64,000 nucleotides of DNA from the human T2T-CHM13v2.0 reference genome, Homo sapiens. Position 1 is the stretch's first letter. Each line of letters begins with the position of its first letter. The notes beneath the pieces are model-generated. The model ran no database searches, was not told the DNA's origin, and was given only the letters and a program-made list of their open reading frames with translations. The stretch is from NCBI RefSeq assembly GCF_009914755.1, contig NC_060932.1; one strand, given 5' to 3'. Positions 33,421 to 52,975 of this stretch are shown here, piece by piece. The translations under genes were made by a program, and so were the position numbers.

Positions 33421-34446
33421 GTATGCAAGTCAAGGTTCTCCAGAGAAACAGAGCCAGTAAGAGACATACACACACACGGACACACACACTCACACAGAGA
33501 GACAATAGGATATACAGGTTGGATACCTCTTGCCTGAAATGCTTGGGACCAGAAGTTTTTTGGATTTCATATTTTGGGGAATTTTGGAATATTTGCATAT
33601 ACATAACAAGTAGATAAGTTGGGTGTGGGACCCAAGTCTAAACAGGAAATTCACTTATGTTTCATATACATCTTATACACATAGCCTGAAGGTAATTTTA
33701 TACAATATTTTAAATAATTTTGTGCACATCCAGCCTGCACATGGGCCACTGTATTGCCCTTTGTGGGTGTGCTTGTGTCATTGAGCCTGGGCATTTGAGG
33801 AAAAGATAGAGCGCAGCTGAAGGGGGCTGGAAGGACCTTTTTTCCCTTGAGGACTGTGGGTTGTGCCCCTGCATTTTGACTGTGATGCACCACGTGAGGT
33901 CAGGTGTGAAATGTCCCACTTGTGGCATGTTAATGCTCAGAAAGCTTCAGGTTTTGAAGCACTGCAGTTTTCAGATTAGAGATACTCAGGCTGTGTAGAT
34001 ATGTATAAACAGAACCAGCAGGATACATACCTGTATGTTTATATGTGTATTATGTGTATATACACATGTGAGTGTATGTGTGTGTGTGTATATATATACA
34101 TGTGCAGATATATAATGAGATTTATTTTAAGGAATTGGCTAACCTGATTGTGGGGCTAGCCAATCTGCAATCCACATAACAAGACAGCAGCCTGGAAGCT
34201 CAGGCAGTCTTGAGGCAGAATTTCTTCTTCCCAGAGGAACCTGTTTCTGATCTTAAGGCCTTCAACTGATTGGATAAGACCCACCCACCCCCATTATCTA
34301 GAGTAATTTCCTTTACTTATAAAGTCAACTGACTGTAGGCATTAACCACATCTATAAAGTACCCTCCCAGCAACACCTAAATTCATAGCTGATCAAATAA
34401 CTGGGTGCTACAGCTTGCCAAGCTGAAATACAAAAGAAACCATCAC
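33421..34446 (-). mobile_element. MLT2 (ERVL) LTR interrupted by a Tigger element and CA/TG microsatellites
   Basis: gtcaaggttctccagagaaacaga...gagatttattttaaggaattggct...aaaccatcac. Confidence 0.8.
33515..33993. mobile_element. Tigger4-family (TcMar) non-autonomous DNA transposon
   Basis: TA|caggttggatacc...gaaatgcttgggaccagaag...gatactcaggctg termini. Confidence 0.8.
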
Positions 34447-34494
34447 TCAGGTGATTTCTAATCAAATAATAAGGTACAATAACAGGATGGAGAC

Positions 34495-35632
34495 TTCAAC
34501 TTTTAAGTTCAAGGGTACATTTGCAGGTGATATAGGTAAACTTGGGTCATGTGTGTTTTGTTGTACAGATTATTTCATCACCCAGGTATGAAGCCTAGTA
34601 CCCATTAGTTATCTCTCCTGATCCTCTCCCTCCTCCCACCCTCCACCCTCCAACAGGCCCCAGTGTGTGTTGTTCCCCTCTATGTGTCCATATTCTCAGC
34701 ATTTAGCTCTCACTTGTAAGTGAGAACACGCAGTATTTTACTTTCTGTTCCAGCATTAGTTTGCTAAAAATAATGGCCTCCAGTTTCATCTATGTTGCTG
34801 CAAAGGACATCCTCACATTCTTTTATATGGCTGCATAGTATTCCATAGTGTAAATGTACCACACTTTCTTTATCTGTTCTACCACTGATGGACATTTAGG
34901 TTGACTCCATGACTTTGCTATTGTGAATAGTGCTGCCATGAACATATGTGTGCAAGTGTCTTTATGATAGAACGATTTGCATTCCTTTGGGTATATACCC
35001 AGTAATAGGATTGCTGGGTCAAATGGTAGTTCTGGTTTTAGGTCTTTGAGGAATTGCCACACTGTTTTCCACAGCGGTTGAACTAATTTACAGTCCTACC
35101 AACAATGTATAAGTTTTCCTTTTTCTCTGCCACCTCACCAACATCTGTTCGACTTTTTAATAATAGCCATTCTGACTGGTGCAAGATGGTATCTCATTGT
35201 GGTTTCGATTTGCATTTCTCTAATTATCAGTGATATTGAGATTTTTTTCATATCCTTTTTGGCCACATGTATATCTTCTTTTGAAAACTGTTCATGTCCT
35301 TTGCCTACTTTTTAATGACGTTGTTTGGTTTTTTTCTTATAAATGTTTAAGTTCCTTATAGATGCTGGGTATGAGACCTTTGTCAGATACATAGTTTGAA
35401 AAAGTTTTTTCCCATTCTGTAGGTTGTCTGTTTACCCTGTTGGTAGTTTCTTGTGCTGTGCAGAAGCTCTTTAGTTTAATTAGATTGCATTTGTCAATTC
35501 CTGCTTTTGTTGCAATTGCTTTTGGCATCTTCGTCATGAAATCTTTGCCTGTTCCTATGTCCGGAATGGTATTGTCTAGGTTGTCATCCAGGGTTTTTAT
35601 AGTTTGGGGTTTTACATTTAAGTCTTTAATCC
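34495..35632 (-). mobile_element. 5'-truncated L1PA
   Basis: Antisense 3' UTR and ORF2 C-terminus ([15 protein letters not shown]...); TSD ca(g/a)gatggagac. Confidence 0.92.
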
Positions 35633-36723
35633 AAGATGGAGACATTTTAATCCACCAGGATCTCGGCAAGGCTGGGATAGGCAGGCTGATATAATGAAGG
35701 TTTGCTCCTGGCAAGAAATCCTGCAAGAGCCTAGAAGAGGTGCCCTTTCCAAGCCCTGAAGATGGGGGATCACTTGTGTGAGTGGGAGAAGGTGGCAGAA
35801 AGTAGAAGAGACAACAGCCAGGTCAGAAAGTGAGCCAGTGCCTGAGACAATTGCTCCCCATGAATCTTTAGTCACCAAATTGACTAGAGGCCTGTGGATC
35901 AGAGCTGCTGATGTGGAAGTAGGAACGTGGGAGAGAGACCAGAAAAGCCAGGGCAGCCAGACTGAGGAAGCTTAACGTCCCAGGCGGTGGAAAGGAGTTT
36001 GGGTTAAGTTCAGCCAGACTTCCAGGGGGTGCCGGTGCCCCTGGTGACATCCGGTGTTGACGTATCAAGCCTGGATCTAAACAGCTTTACAGAGTTCCTT
36101 TTTTTTCCCCATGCTGGGGTCAATCGGGTAGCACAGACTGATGGAGCATACGTTTCATATAGATTTTTAAGTCATTAACACTTCTAAATTAACCAGCTGA
36201 ATGCTCTCACTGCATGAAGGAACAGGCACGGCCAGTGGGGGTTCTGGGTTATTGACTGATTGTTCAGCAAAAGTGAGGCTAAAGAAAGATGTTAAAGTGA
36301 AATTTAAGAGCATCAATGACAACACAAAAATATCCAAATAAAACCTTGCTGCTTCATTTGGGAACATTACAAAGCAAATAAGGATGATCCTTGTCTCTTA
36401 ATGTATTTGACAAACAAGGAGAAAGGGGTTGTTTCTTTTCTGTTTCTCAGTCCTGGCAGATGAGGTTCCAAAAGGCTCCTAACTTACTCTCTATAGGGCA
36501 AGCTGCTCAGGTTGGGATTTTCATCTCTGTGCCTTTTTGAAAGCTGACAGGCACTACCTATTTTCTCTTTGCTTCACACTGTTTCTACAATGAGCATGTA
36601 TTACTTTTATCATCAGGAAGAAAAAAATTTATATTTTTTAAATCTGTTGGAGGACTCCTTGCTTCAAGATAATTTGAGATCACATGCTTTACTTCTCATC
36701 TAGTGCAAACTCTTTTGAAATAA

Positions 36724-37039
<316 letters not shown>

Positions 37040-38049
37040 AATATTTTTCAAATCTGGTAGGGGAGTCATGGATTCAAGATCATTTGAGGGCATGTGTTTT
37101 ACCTCCTCTCTAGTGCAAAAATCTTTTGAAGTGATCCAATAAATATCAATATAGGGGGAAATACCTGTAGCAGGAATGGAAAATGAAGAAGGATACCATA
37201 AGTGGGCCAGGAACACTGAGGATTTCCTGGAGGAATGGAAGCAGATGGGAGCAGGGAAACGTACCAGGAGAGTTTTACCTGCTACACTCTTCTGGATGCT
37301 GATTTAGCCAAATATTAATTATAAATGAGCACCCAGACTTGCAGCCATCCGGCCCCCAGGAATTTATTCTAAGGAAATAATTGACTATATGTATAAAGAT
37401 CTATGTTATGATGATGGCTGTGTGTTCGTGTTTTTATATTTTCAAGGCTTATTAAATTTTGCCTCTGTCCTTCAACTAAATGTTTTCCACTCATATGATC
37501 ACTCTGAAATTTAAAACCAATAGAAAAGATTTTATTACTGTGACTATGCAAATATTATTCCATGCTGGGCTGCATAATGTGTTGAAATTACATTTATTTC
37601 TCTATGGATTCAATTTCACAACATTAGACCACTTTAAAGAGAGTATCTCTAGTGTCAAGGACAAACATATTCTCTATTTTGACATCCCATCAGCTCCTTA
37701 AAATGCCACCTTATAAGGCTCCTTTAAAAATGCCACATTTTATATTGGCTTATATGTTTCTTGTGTAGTTTTTTCCCTTAAATTTCCTTTCCTTTCTTTC
37801 TTTAATTATTTGTTTTTATATTATCAATTCTTTCCCAACCTTGTAATCATACTCTCATTCTACCTCTGGTTGTCTTCTGCCTTGTGAGCTGGGACTTTCA
37901 GAGTCTCCCACACAACTGTCTCTCAGAACTTTCCTGCCCTGCCTTCTAGAGTTGAAATCTATGATTTCCATGTTTTCCTCTTTCCTGACTTACCCTCTGG
38001 ATTTGCTGGAAAACATCCTCAAGTAACTTCCAAAGAAAGGTAGATAATA

Positions 38050-38490
38050 TTAGAAACAAAAAAGGGAACATAACTGCCAATGCAGAAATAAAAAAGATAC
38101 GGGGACTATATTATAAACAAGTTTGCTAAATTTGAAAATTTAGTTGAAATGGATCAATTTCCTTAAAAAGTGAAGTCTACCAAAATGAAAAGAAATAAAA
38201 AACCTGAATCATCTCATAACTCCTTAACAAACTGAATCGACAGTTAAAAATCTTTCCACAAAGAAGCAGTCATACAACTTTAATGGAAAAATCTACTCAT
38301 CATTTCAGGAATAAATTTCAGTCTTACCCGAACACTTCCAAGAAGGTAAAAGGAGAAATACTCCCAAATTTATATCTTTTTGTAACTAGCGTAACCGAGT
38401 TTAACCTTCATATCAAACATCAGACAAGGAATGTTTTTTAAAAAGGAAAGTTACAGGCCAATCCCACTCATATATTAATATTAATAAAAA
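38050..38490 (+). mobile_element. Ancient L1M ORF2 fragment
   Basis: aaagggaacataact...tttgaaaatttagttgaaatggatcaattt...ggaaagttacaggccaatcccactcata. Confidence 0.65.
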
Positions 38491-38500
38491 CTATGGTAGG

Positions 38501-38801
38501 GGCTGGGCGTGGTGGCTCACAGCTGTAATCCCAACATTTTGGGAGGCCAAGACGGGTGGATCACAAGGTCAGGAGACCAAGACCATTCTGGTTAATGTGG
38601 TGAAACCCCGTCTCTACTAAAAAAAATACAAAATTAGCCGGGCGTAGTGGCGGGTGCCTGTAGTCCCAGCTACTCAGGAAGCTGAGGCAGGAGAATGGCG
38701 TGAATCCAAGAGGCAGAGCTTACAGTGAGCCAAGATCGCACCACCACTGCACTCCAGCCTGGGCGACAGAGTGAGACTCCGTCTCAAAAAAAAAAAAAAA
38801 A
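38501..38801 (+). mobile_element. AluSc/Y-type Alu
   Basis: Full dimer; TSD aaaaactatggtagg. Confidence 0.94.
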
Positions 38802-38819
38802 AAAACTATGGTAGGAATA

Positions 38820-39975
38820 TGTGCTGCTCAACAAAATTCGCACTCTCCTTTTTTTCCTGGGCATATAAATTATATTTCCCAGCCCTGCTTGTGGTTTGTG
38901 TGACCAGAGGACCGCATCTAACTAATGAAATGTGAGCACAGGTGATGTGTGCAAGTTCAGGACAATGCTTTTTTAATGAGCCCTCAAACTTCCCTTACAC
39001 TCTTTTTCCCTGTCCACTGGCTGGATGCAGAGGGTTGCAAGATCCATGAGACAGAAGGAACCCGATCACCACCAACTGGATTGTTTGATGGGCAGAAAAT
39101 AAACTCCAATTGCGGAAAACCATGGAAATTTGGAGGGTTTATTTTGTTACAGAAGCTAGGATTATCCTTAATCAGAGATTGATATTTTGAAGTGTGTTGC
39201 TGCCATAATAAAACCCCAAAAGTGACCATAGCTTGGCAGTGGCAAGCTGCAAGAAAATAGATTTCTGTTGGCCAAACCAACATGTGGCAAATCGTTAGGT
39301 AAAACTGTCACATGTGGTAACTTGGAAGGTAGACCTGCATGACCCCGTAGTTCTAAGGAAAATGGGTGGCTAGCCAGACTGTTAGTGTGTGTCAGTTTTG
39401 ATTTGCAGCATTTAGCAGATATTACACAGAACTGGGCACAGACAAAAACGCCTGGTTTGAAAACAGAGACAAGGAAATAGAGCATAAAAGTTGGGGATAG
39501 GAGTTTAAACAATCCATCAGTTTCTTAATTACTCAGAGGGATTCAGCACTGCAGCAAGGATCTGATTAGAATGTTGTTCACAAGGTAGCTCTCATTCAGT
39601 TGAAAAAGAAACCCTTGAGTGTGAGGAAGGAAACAAAGAAGGCAAGTTTGAGAATTATGTCCAGAACTACGCCATCCAATTCAGGTGGTGATTGAGCACC
39701 AGAACTGTGGCTAGCTTGAATCTCAACGTACTCTAAGAGTAAAATCAACACCAGATTTCAAAGACTTGGTATGAAACGAATGTAAAATAGCTCATCGTTA
39801 ATTTTGGATTGTATTGCTACCAGGGAAAAAAAATTCAGGCCTAGCCTTAAAAGCCTATGACTGTAAAAACAAACTTTAGACTCCCAAACCTGAGTCTGCA
39901 AGAAATTTCTGTAATATGTGGTTCGGATTCTGGGCTCTCAAAATTTCTTAAGAAGGCAAACTTCAAAACCAAATA
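38820..39975 (+). mobile_element. MLT1 LTR plus start of MLT1 internal region, interrupted by MER3
   Basis: atatttcccagccctgcttgtgg... LTR, followed by gagattgatattttgaagtgtgttgctgccataataaaacc internal start. Confidence 0.55.
39662..39820. mobile_element. MER3-like hAT MITE
   Basis: gtggctag...gtaaaatcaacaccagatttcaaagacttggtatg...gaatgtaaaatagctcat. Confidence 0.65.
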
Positions 39976-39979
39976 CTTG

Positions 39980-40285
39980 GGCCAGGCATGGTGGCTCATG
40001 CCTGTAATCCCAACACTTTGGGATGCTGAGGTGGGAGGCTGAGATGGGAGGCTCACTTGAGGCCAGGAGTTTGAGACCAGCCTGGGCAGCATGGTGAGAC
40101 GCTACATCTATAAAAACAAAAAATAAAAAGTTCGTTGGGCACAGTGGTGTGCCTGTAGTCCTAGCTTCTTGGGAGGCTGAGGCAAGAGGATGGCTTGAGC
40201 CCAGGAGTTCAGGCTACAGTGAGCTATGATCGTGCCTCTGCACTATAGCCTGGGCCACAGAGCGAGACCTGATGTATTTAAAAAG
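39980..40285 (+). mobile_element. AluJ
   Basis: Full dimer with a small internal duplication. Confidence 0.9.
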
Positions 40286-40802
40286 TCCAACACATTCTGT
40301 ACTAATTATTTATGATAAATCACCTTTGATTCAGACATAAAGCATGTAAAACATAAGAAATTAGGAATGTGATAGAGAAAAATTAGATACCCAAAACACA
40401 TTTTGTTTTTACTAATCAGATTCAAAACAATAGACTTAAGAATACTTTAAGATAATTCCTTATACTTTTGAATCTATAAGGAGCTTAAATTTTAAACAAA
40501 GAGCATGTAGATATGTTTGTTGTAGAATGCTATTTTCAGCAATTAGAGACTGCTGAAAGGGCTTGCAGATCTGCCCAGGCTTTGAAGCCTCGGTACCTAG
40601 GTACATCTAAAATACATGCTAGTTAAAATACTATTTTGTGCCCTGCACAGAGAATTAATTTTATTTCTTTAATGTACCATTAAAAGCAAGCATTATTTGA
40701 TATTGCAGATGTGCAATATAGCAATAGCAAGAACAATCTAATTGCTGAGCATGTGGCAATATTATTCCTTTATGAAAGTGTCATACTTGTAAAATGTTCT
40801 AA

Positions 40803-44512
<3,710 letters not shown>

Positions 44513-44724
44513 GGAGACACACAGAGGGAAGATCATGTGAAGACCCAGGGAGAAGGTGGCTGTCTACAAGCCAAGGAGAGGCCTCAGAAGAAACCAAACC
44601 TGCTGACACCTTGATCTTGGACTTCTAGCCTTTAGAATGTGAAACAATACATTCTGTTGTTTAAAGTCTCTGTGCTTGTTACAGTCTCTGTACTTTGTTA
44701 TGGTAACCCTAGCAGATTAACACA
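44513..44724 (+). mobile_element. MLT1B/C-type LTR, 3' half only
   Basis: ctacaagccaaggagaggcctcagaagaaaccaaacctgctgacaccttgatcttggacttctagcc...tactttgttatgg. Confidence 0.8.
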
Positions 44725-45125
44725 CTAGTCATTTGGGTCTCTGTGGGAATCCTTCTGTCATCGGAACAAGATAAAATCCTCAGCCCATGAGGAACATTCT
44801 GACAGTGCTGACGCAGGAAACAAAAACAATGTTGTGGCCCAACTGCAGCGTCGTGAGGAACAGGATTACAGCTAGCAAACGTTGTCTGACCTTCAGAGGT
44901 TGGTCAACTTATTTCCCTTTAAAATATTTATTTGGGAATATAGTTTGATTTTCTTTTCTTTGCCCTCCAGGTATTTTCATAGGAATAACTTTCATTTGTA
45001 TTCTATAGTTTACTCAGATAATTGAAAGAGGTGTTTCAATCAGGTATTTAGCTGCAAGAGTATAGTTCATTTCACTACTAAGTATAATTTAAAGCTGCAG
45101 TCACATAAAATCTCTTTGGGGTTAC

Positions 45126-45433
<308 letters not shown>

Positions 45434-46829
45434 AAAATCTCTTTTTGGAATGAAATGTAGCCAAAAATGTGTTTGTAAATGCCCAGTAGAGCTTGTATAA
45501 AGACCTTGATCAGAGCACACAAATGTGTTTTACACAAAGATCCATGCTGTTGCCACCACACTTAGCCTGAGCCAGCCCCCATGAGGATCAAACATCACCT
45601 GGAGCCAGTAAATGGGAAGCTCTGTTTATTTTAGGGCTTTCTGAAATTATCATCATTAGGGAGAACAGGCAAAATAATTTAGTGATTTTCCCCATATGAA
45701 ACTCACAAAGAAAAACAAATGTACTCAGCAGGCATCTTTCTCCTTTCTGTTCCCAAGGCTGGAAAATTCTGTATTGGGGCACATTTTGGAACACTTACAG
45801 GGTTTTTGTACTGTAATGGCATTACACATTTGATTCAGCAGCTAAAGGAATGTGACCTGGCCTTTACTTCCTAAATTTCCGTGCCTTAGGGGTTTTGTAG
45901 GTGTCAAAGTAGAAGATGGAACCACTGCACAAAATCCAGAACTTCAGCAACGGTTCTAACACCTTTTACTAAAGCCCATCTTGGCATCATCAGCTCAGCT
46001 GTGTACAGGGACATTGAACATCTCGAGTACAATTGGATATGAAAATGCATGCTTATGTTTAATAGAACTCATGATGCATTGAAACAACATCTAATCGGAA
46101 GCCGTGAGCCACCACTCTCATAGGGAACCATGTCACAAAGAAGACTTCTATAGGGTCTATACCCACAGCCCATATTAATTGGTGCCAGGAGATCCTGGCA
46201 AGGTACCCAGAGATAAAATCCTAAATGAAACCTGATCCCAACCTGATGTGAACTGTAATTACGATGGTTCAAACCCAGTTGGTTGTGTTTTATTTAGTAA
46301 AAGAGTTGGACTGGAAATGGGTCATATTTTGAGCAAATGCCTTTGATAGCTACATTAACCACTCTATGACTCTGGCTATTCATGAGGTTTCCCAAAATAA
46401 CACCTTTGGCAACTACAAAGCTATGTGGAATCGTGGTTTAAAATGCTTGCTAGTCTTCCTATTGGGGTTCTACATTTGATTTCCATTAAGAGGTATCACA
46501 TGGAACAATCACTGATAGCTCAGAGGTGATGGCATTGATGTAGATATTCCTACTGATTAAGGGCTGGCCATTTGTACCATTTTCAGATAGTTAATATGAG
46601 TTATTCTTCAGCCTCTCTTTTATGCCTTTCAACCTCTGTTCATGCAACCCAAACCAATTTCTTATCTAAAAATTATCAATACTGTGACCCAGGTCACTTT
46701 TGACACAACTTACTGTGTTTGGGAATTCAATCTTTAGTTTACACATTACTAGTATCCTTACCTGTTCTAGATTTGCATCTGATTTCTGGACATCTTATAG
46801 CTGAACTTTACATATTCTTAAAGGGACAT

Positions 46830-47523
46830 TGGGAGTGACAGGAGGTAGTCAAATGCCTAGGCAGATGGGGCGGGTCCCCAGTGAAACCCCAACTCCAAAG
46901 CTAAAGACAGTTTAAAGCCTGAAAATCAAGCTACAAGTCAAATCCATGGACCGGATTGAGAACCAGTCTTCACATTTGGCATGCTTTCCTCTGATTAATC
47001 CCTACCCTCTCATAATTGGTCTTCCACACTGCTGTGCCCACCTTTGAGTGGTGCCCTTGCTTCAGCCTTTCTTTGCATACTCACAAACCAATCAGCATGC
47101 ACTCCCCTATTCTGAGCCCATAAAAGCCCCGGACTCAGCCACACTGAGAAAGAAACCACCTGATTGTGGGGATAGGGGACCACCCCCACATTCCCTCTCT
47201 GCTGAGAGCTGTTCCATTGTTCAATAAAATTCTTCTCCACCCTCCTCACCCTTCAGTTGTCTGCGTATCTTCTCCTCCTTCTTGGATGCGGGACAAGAGC
47301 TCAGGAACTCCTGAATGCAGATACAAGCTATAACACAGGCAGCCTAGGGCACCACACCCAGTCCGGCCAGGGGCTGAGCCAGTGCACAAGCCAGAGCCAG
47401 CCTGGGTGGGCTGAGTCGGGGGTGTCTCCTACAGCAGGTAGCGTGCCCCAGCAAGGCCCAGGTAGGGGCGTTGCTAGCCAGAGGTCCCCAGCTGACAAAA
47501 TGACCAAGAAAATTCCCACAACA
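46830..47523 (+). mobile_element. ERV1 solo LTR (MER50-like) inserted in the DEGS1 retrocopy
   Basis: TG...CA termini, 4-bp TSD ACAT (46826-29 and 47524-27), CCAAT 47088, CATAAAA 47119, AATAAA 47223. Confidence 0.85.
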
Positions 47524-48064
47524 ACATAAAACATACTGGTATCGTGGGCCCCTGAATTTACTTACCCTCAGTGTGGTTTCTCAGAATGAACATCAAGATT
47601 TCCCCAAAATTCCTGGAAGGAGCCTTTTACTAGTGAGGAAGATGACAACTTCCTCCATGACAATTCCTGGATAAAAGAACTGTATGATTTTACGTGGGGT
47701 GATACAATAAGTCTTTCCTTGAGAAGGAAGGTCCATCAGAAAGGGGAGGTAGTACTAGAGTCAATGCCATTAGAACCAAAGGAATTTTTCTCAGAAACTT
47801 TAAAATAGCTGATAAGGTGAAATTTTTGCATTATTAAAATAAGACCAGTGATACTTAGAAACCACCTTGGTACAATTTCCAAGTAGGATCTCCATGGTAT
47901 TAAGAAGCTAATTTGACTTTAAGCAGCCAGTCTATCTCTGTAGTGTTCAGCTTTGCTCCCAGGAGACTGGTTCATTATATTGTCATTACTGAGGATTTTT
48001 TTTTTCACCTACATCTGTCATTTTGTAAGCATATCATTAAAAATGCTTTTTAAAAGCTACTACC

Positions 48065-48386
<322 letters not shown>

Positions 48387-49849
48387 TTATTTTCACTATA
48401 AAGTTGTCTTTTATTAAAACAGCTAATAAACTAAGCTATTAATCACACTGATAGTATTTAGCATGTTTTTGTATTTGATTGTCTTTATATCAGGAGATAC
48501 CTGGGTACTGAGGTGAGCTTGCTTTAAAATTTCACCACCAAAAAAAGCAGCCCTGGGTGATCATAGTATAAAAGGATGAAATAGAAATATCACTACAAGC
48601 TGGATTACTCATTTTTAATTTTTACTATTGTACCTAAATTAGGCACTGATTTACCTGAATTAGTGCTGAATCCTATACAGTCTTACTCATACTTATTGAA
48701 TTTTTTTAAATGTACTCTCAAAAGCTAAATTATGTTACACACAATTGTAATTGTGTAGAAAGTATATACATGTCTAACCAAGATGCCAAGACTTTTTATA
48801 TGGCTGTGTTGGAGGCCATACATAGTAAATGTGTGTTTTCCACTGTAAGTAACAGCAACAAATTTAATTCTTAATAAAATGTCAGATTCATTCTTGTACC
48901 TGTTTTTTCTTTGATGGTGATAATTGGCCTTCAATTCAGCTTCAGCTGGATGTTAAATGTTAACATTTAGCCATTTGGAGATCAACTGCTATGAATATTC
49001 AGCATACCTCAGTGGAGGCCACTTAACCCAAGTCCTCACACTCCTCCAAAGTTAATTTAGAGCAGCTGAGACTTCCTTCATAAGTCAGGCACTACAGAGC
49101 TAGATGCTGAAAGGGGTCTAAATCCCTGAGTTCTCGCCTCCACTTTCCCCAGGGTACCCACAGAGAACAGGATTTATGAGGACCCTGCAGGGAGAGGCCA
49201 TGTTTCTCTCCCCGCCACCACCCCCGCAACCAGCAAGGCATGTTGGCCAAGAACCTGCGCTAGTGCAGAGATGGATGCTCGGCTTTAGAGACCCGGACAC
49301 ACCAGCGAAAGCAAAGCCTGTCAACATTAAAGTGAGCAGAACTGGATCTTAGCCACCGTGGGGAGAAATCTGCGGGGCACACTGGAATTGGCTTAATATG
49401 CTTTTAAAGTTTCTGAAATGGGACACTTTTGTTTCTCAGAGGACTCATGTGCTTAGGTGGGCAATTTCCCCCACAAAATAAAATCAAGAATAAATAAACT
49501 TCAGACACCAACAGAACCTTCTGTGTCTCTTCCTCAGTTAAGACAATAAAACTTGATCAAGGTGAAAGAAATGGTTTGACTCGCAGTGTTGGCAGAACGA
49601 AAGGGACATTGTTAAGGAATATTTATTTTTGGTTTTGCCTTTCCTATCGTTACTTCAGCCTGTGACCCTTTGCTTTTCAGGCCAGGAAGTTCCAGGCTGA
49701 CATTGCCCCAAAAGGAAAGAGGTCAGGGAGAAACTGAAGGAGGGAAAAAAAAAACAAAAAATTACCTTTAGGTATCAAAAGCCCCAGCACAAATGCTGCT
49801 TCCAAGGGGATTTATCCTCTATGCTGAAAGAATCAACGACTGGACAAAA

Positions 49850-50230
49850 TATATGGGAAGTGGTTTTCAGGAGATTGGCAGTAAAGTGGTGAAGGACTTG
49901 ATCCCTGAGAGATGAGAAGCAAACAGAGCCAGCCTGTGATGGCCTCGGGCAAGGCCTGGGGAGGGTGTCCAGGAGAGAGTCGCATGACAACAGAAGGAAC
50001 CTGGTAAACCCCTTAAGCTGGGGAGATAGATTCCAGACTCTGGAGGGACCAAGGAGGCTGGAGTTTGAAGGAGAGAACTGTACAGCAGGAGAACTCTGGA
50101 TTTCAGTATTCAGCACGCACTAGTCAATACACACCTGTGATGAAACTATCCAGGGCTGGGGGGAAGACCCACTGAGAGGATTAGAGGGAACAGAGGCCAG
50201 GATCACACAGGGCCGGGAATAGTGCCAGGA
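49850..50230 (+). mobile_element. Ancient L1M 5' UTR fragment
   Basis: gaaggacttgatccctgagagatgagaagcaaac resembles L1M4-type 5' ends. Confidence 0.5.
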
Positions 50231-50234
50231 TCAA

Positions 50235-51357
50235 TAACAACTTAGACATAAAAGCTTGACAGTGATCCTTTCAGATGATGGGTACCCCAGTGCATTTCCA
50301 TTTTGAATGGAAACTGTGATATGGTGCTAGACCCAAAGGGAAGGATTCATGACCTGGAGTCAAGGGGTGTCCCGTGTGCCGTCCCTCTCAGTGGCCAGTG
50401 AGGAATTTATGTTTTCTGTTCTCACAACTCTGGGCTCTGCAACTCATAGTTCCCAGATGGAGAACTCTTCTTCCAGTGGACACAGCAACTTCCATTGAAG
50501 TTTAAGCTGTGACTGCCTCCTGGGTACTTCAGCATCTCGTGCCAAGGGACCAGCAGGCAACAAGGAGAGATACTAACCCAGCAGGGCTAATTGACCCTGG
50601 TCATCAGGAGGAGGTAGGGCTGCTGTGACAAAATGGGGGTAGGACGGGTCCACTTGGTCACTTCTCAGCACTCCCCTATCCAGTTTGACAGCAAATGGAC
50701 CAGGAATGGCAGGAGTGTCAGCCTGAGCAGAGAGTGGTGCTCAGGATTCAGACTGCCTCAGAGGTAACAGCCTGTGTTAGGTCACATGTTAACCGCCAGG
50801 ACCATCAAAGGTGCTAGCCGAGGCGGAAAGGGATCCTGAATGGAGATTGGAAGAGGGAGATGAGTCCTTGGGTAGCCAGGAGACCAGCTGCAGAGGTGAG
50901 CACTGCAGCTCATTCCACAAACCCTCCTCTTCCACATTTCCCCCAGGAAGAACAGGGGCACTGGCATCCTGCAGTAGCTGCTCCCAGAACACAAGATAAA
51001 GAAGCAAATCCAAACAGCATGACAATACAGTGTGGTGAACACAGGGATGTACCGCCCAGATCCACTGCTGCCAGGGGCTGTTAGCAGATGGCCTCCAGCT
51101 GTCAGCCCCTTAAGGGATTGCCCCAAGACAGAGAGCTGCCTTGCCAAGATCACATCAGTTCTCAGGGCAACCCAACGTGGGACAACTCCGAAGGGTCATC
51201 CTAGCTCCAGAGCTCCCGTGGGGTGGGCAAAGGCTGTCACTGGGCCTGCATCACAGTTGGACGCCTTCCTGCTCCTTCTGCAGGAGCTGATCCCAAGGAC
51301 ACTCCTTGGCCAACATGCTACATTTCATACTCTGCTTCCCAAGAAGGCAAACTGCAA
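50235..51357 (+). mobile_element. ERVL internal 3' fragment plus LTR16-type LTR (51031-51357)
   Basis: ctctgggctctgca...aattgaccctggtcatcaggaggaggtagggctgctgt internal piece; tgtggtgaacac...cctccagctgtcagcccctt LTR. Confidence 0.7.
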
Positions 51358-51505
51358 TGCTAAGATCACCCATTAGGAAGTAAAAAGTAGAGGAGGTGGT
51401 TTTCAATGCAAGCCATGTAGGGTGGAGGGCTCACTTGTAACCATTGCACTATGCAGTCCACTTAAACCAGGAACTTAGAACTCCATGGAAAAGGTCAAGG
51501 CATAG

Positions 51506-51849
<344 letters not shown>

Positions 51850-51858
51850 CAGGACTCA

Positions 51859-52302
<444 letters not shown>

Positions 52303-52521
52303 TTACACCCACTGCAAAATATCTAAAATCAGTGAGATTTCACTATTGGAATTAAATAATCAGAATTATAGGCACCCATATAGGCACATAGCCATTTCTA
52401 TATTGTTCCCTAGAACCATCTACTGTACCAGTCTACAAAAATCTGTGTTTCCAAACATCAAGGCATGGAACTAGAGAGAACATATCTGTAAGTCATCCCA
52501 TTAGAAGTCATTCTTATTCCT

Positions 52522-52975
52522 CTGTAGTAGACCAAAAGGCACCCTCCCCAAAAAAAGATATCCACATCAGATCTCTGGAACCTGTGGATGTGACCGTATT
52601 TGGAAAAGGCTTTTTGCAGATGTGATTGAGTTAAAGTTCTTGAGAGGATTATCCAGGTCTGCCCTAAATTCAGTGACAAATGTCCTTGCAAGAGACAGGT
52701 GAGGGAGATTTGAGACAGAAGAGAAGACAGCCACACAGGAGAGGAGGCGATGTGAAGAAGAGGTAGAGAGTGGAGCGATGCAGCCTCAGGCCCAGGAATG
52801 CCGGGAGGAGATGCTGGAAGAGGCAGGGAAGGGGTTCTCCCCTAAAGCCCCCACAGGGAGTGTAGGCTGCTGGATCTCAGACCTCTGGCCTCCAGAACTG
52901 TGAAAGGATAAACTTCTGTAGTGTTAAGCCCCTAAGTTTATAACAATTTGTTGCAGCAGTCACGGAACACTGATA
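52522..52975 (+). mobile_element. MLT1C/D-type LTR
   Basis: aaagatatccacatc...ctggaacctgtggatgtgaccgtatttggaaaa...ctctggcctccagaactgtga. Confidence 0.8.

Noticed and set aside
45900-46830. Initially suspected endogenous viral element (coding-like non-repeat DNA)
   Set aside because: Manual translation identified it as DEGS1-derived.
49100-49700. GC-box-like motif and a good splice acceptor at 49680
   Set aside because: No CpG island, partner exon or ORF to support a transcript.
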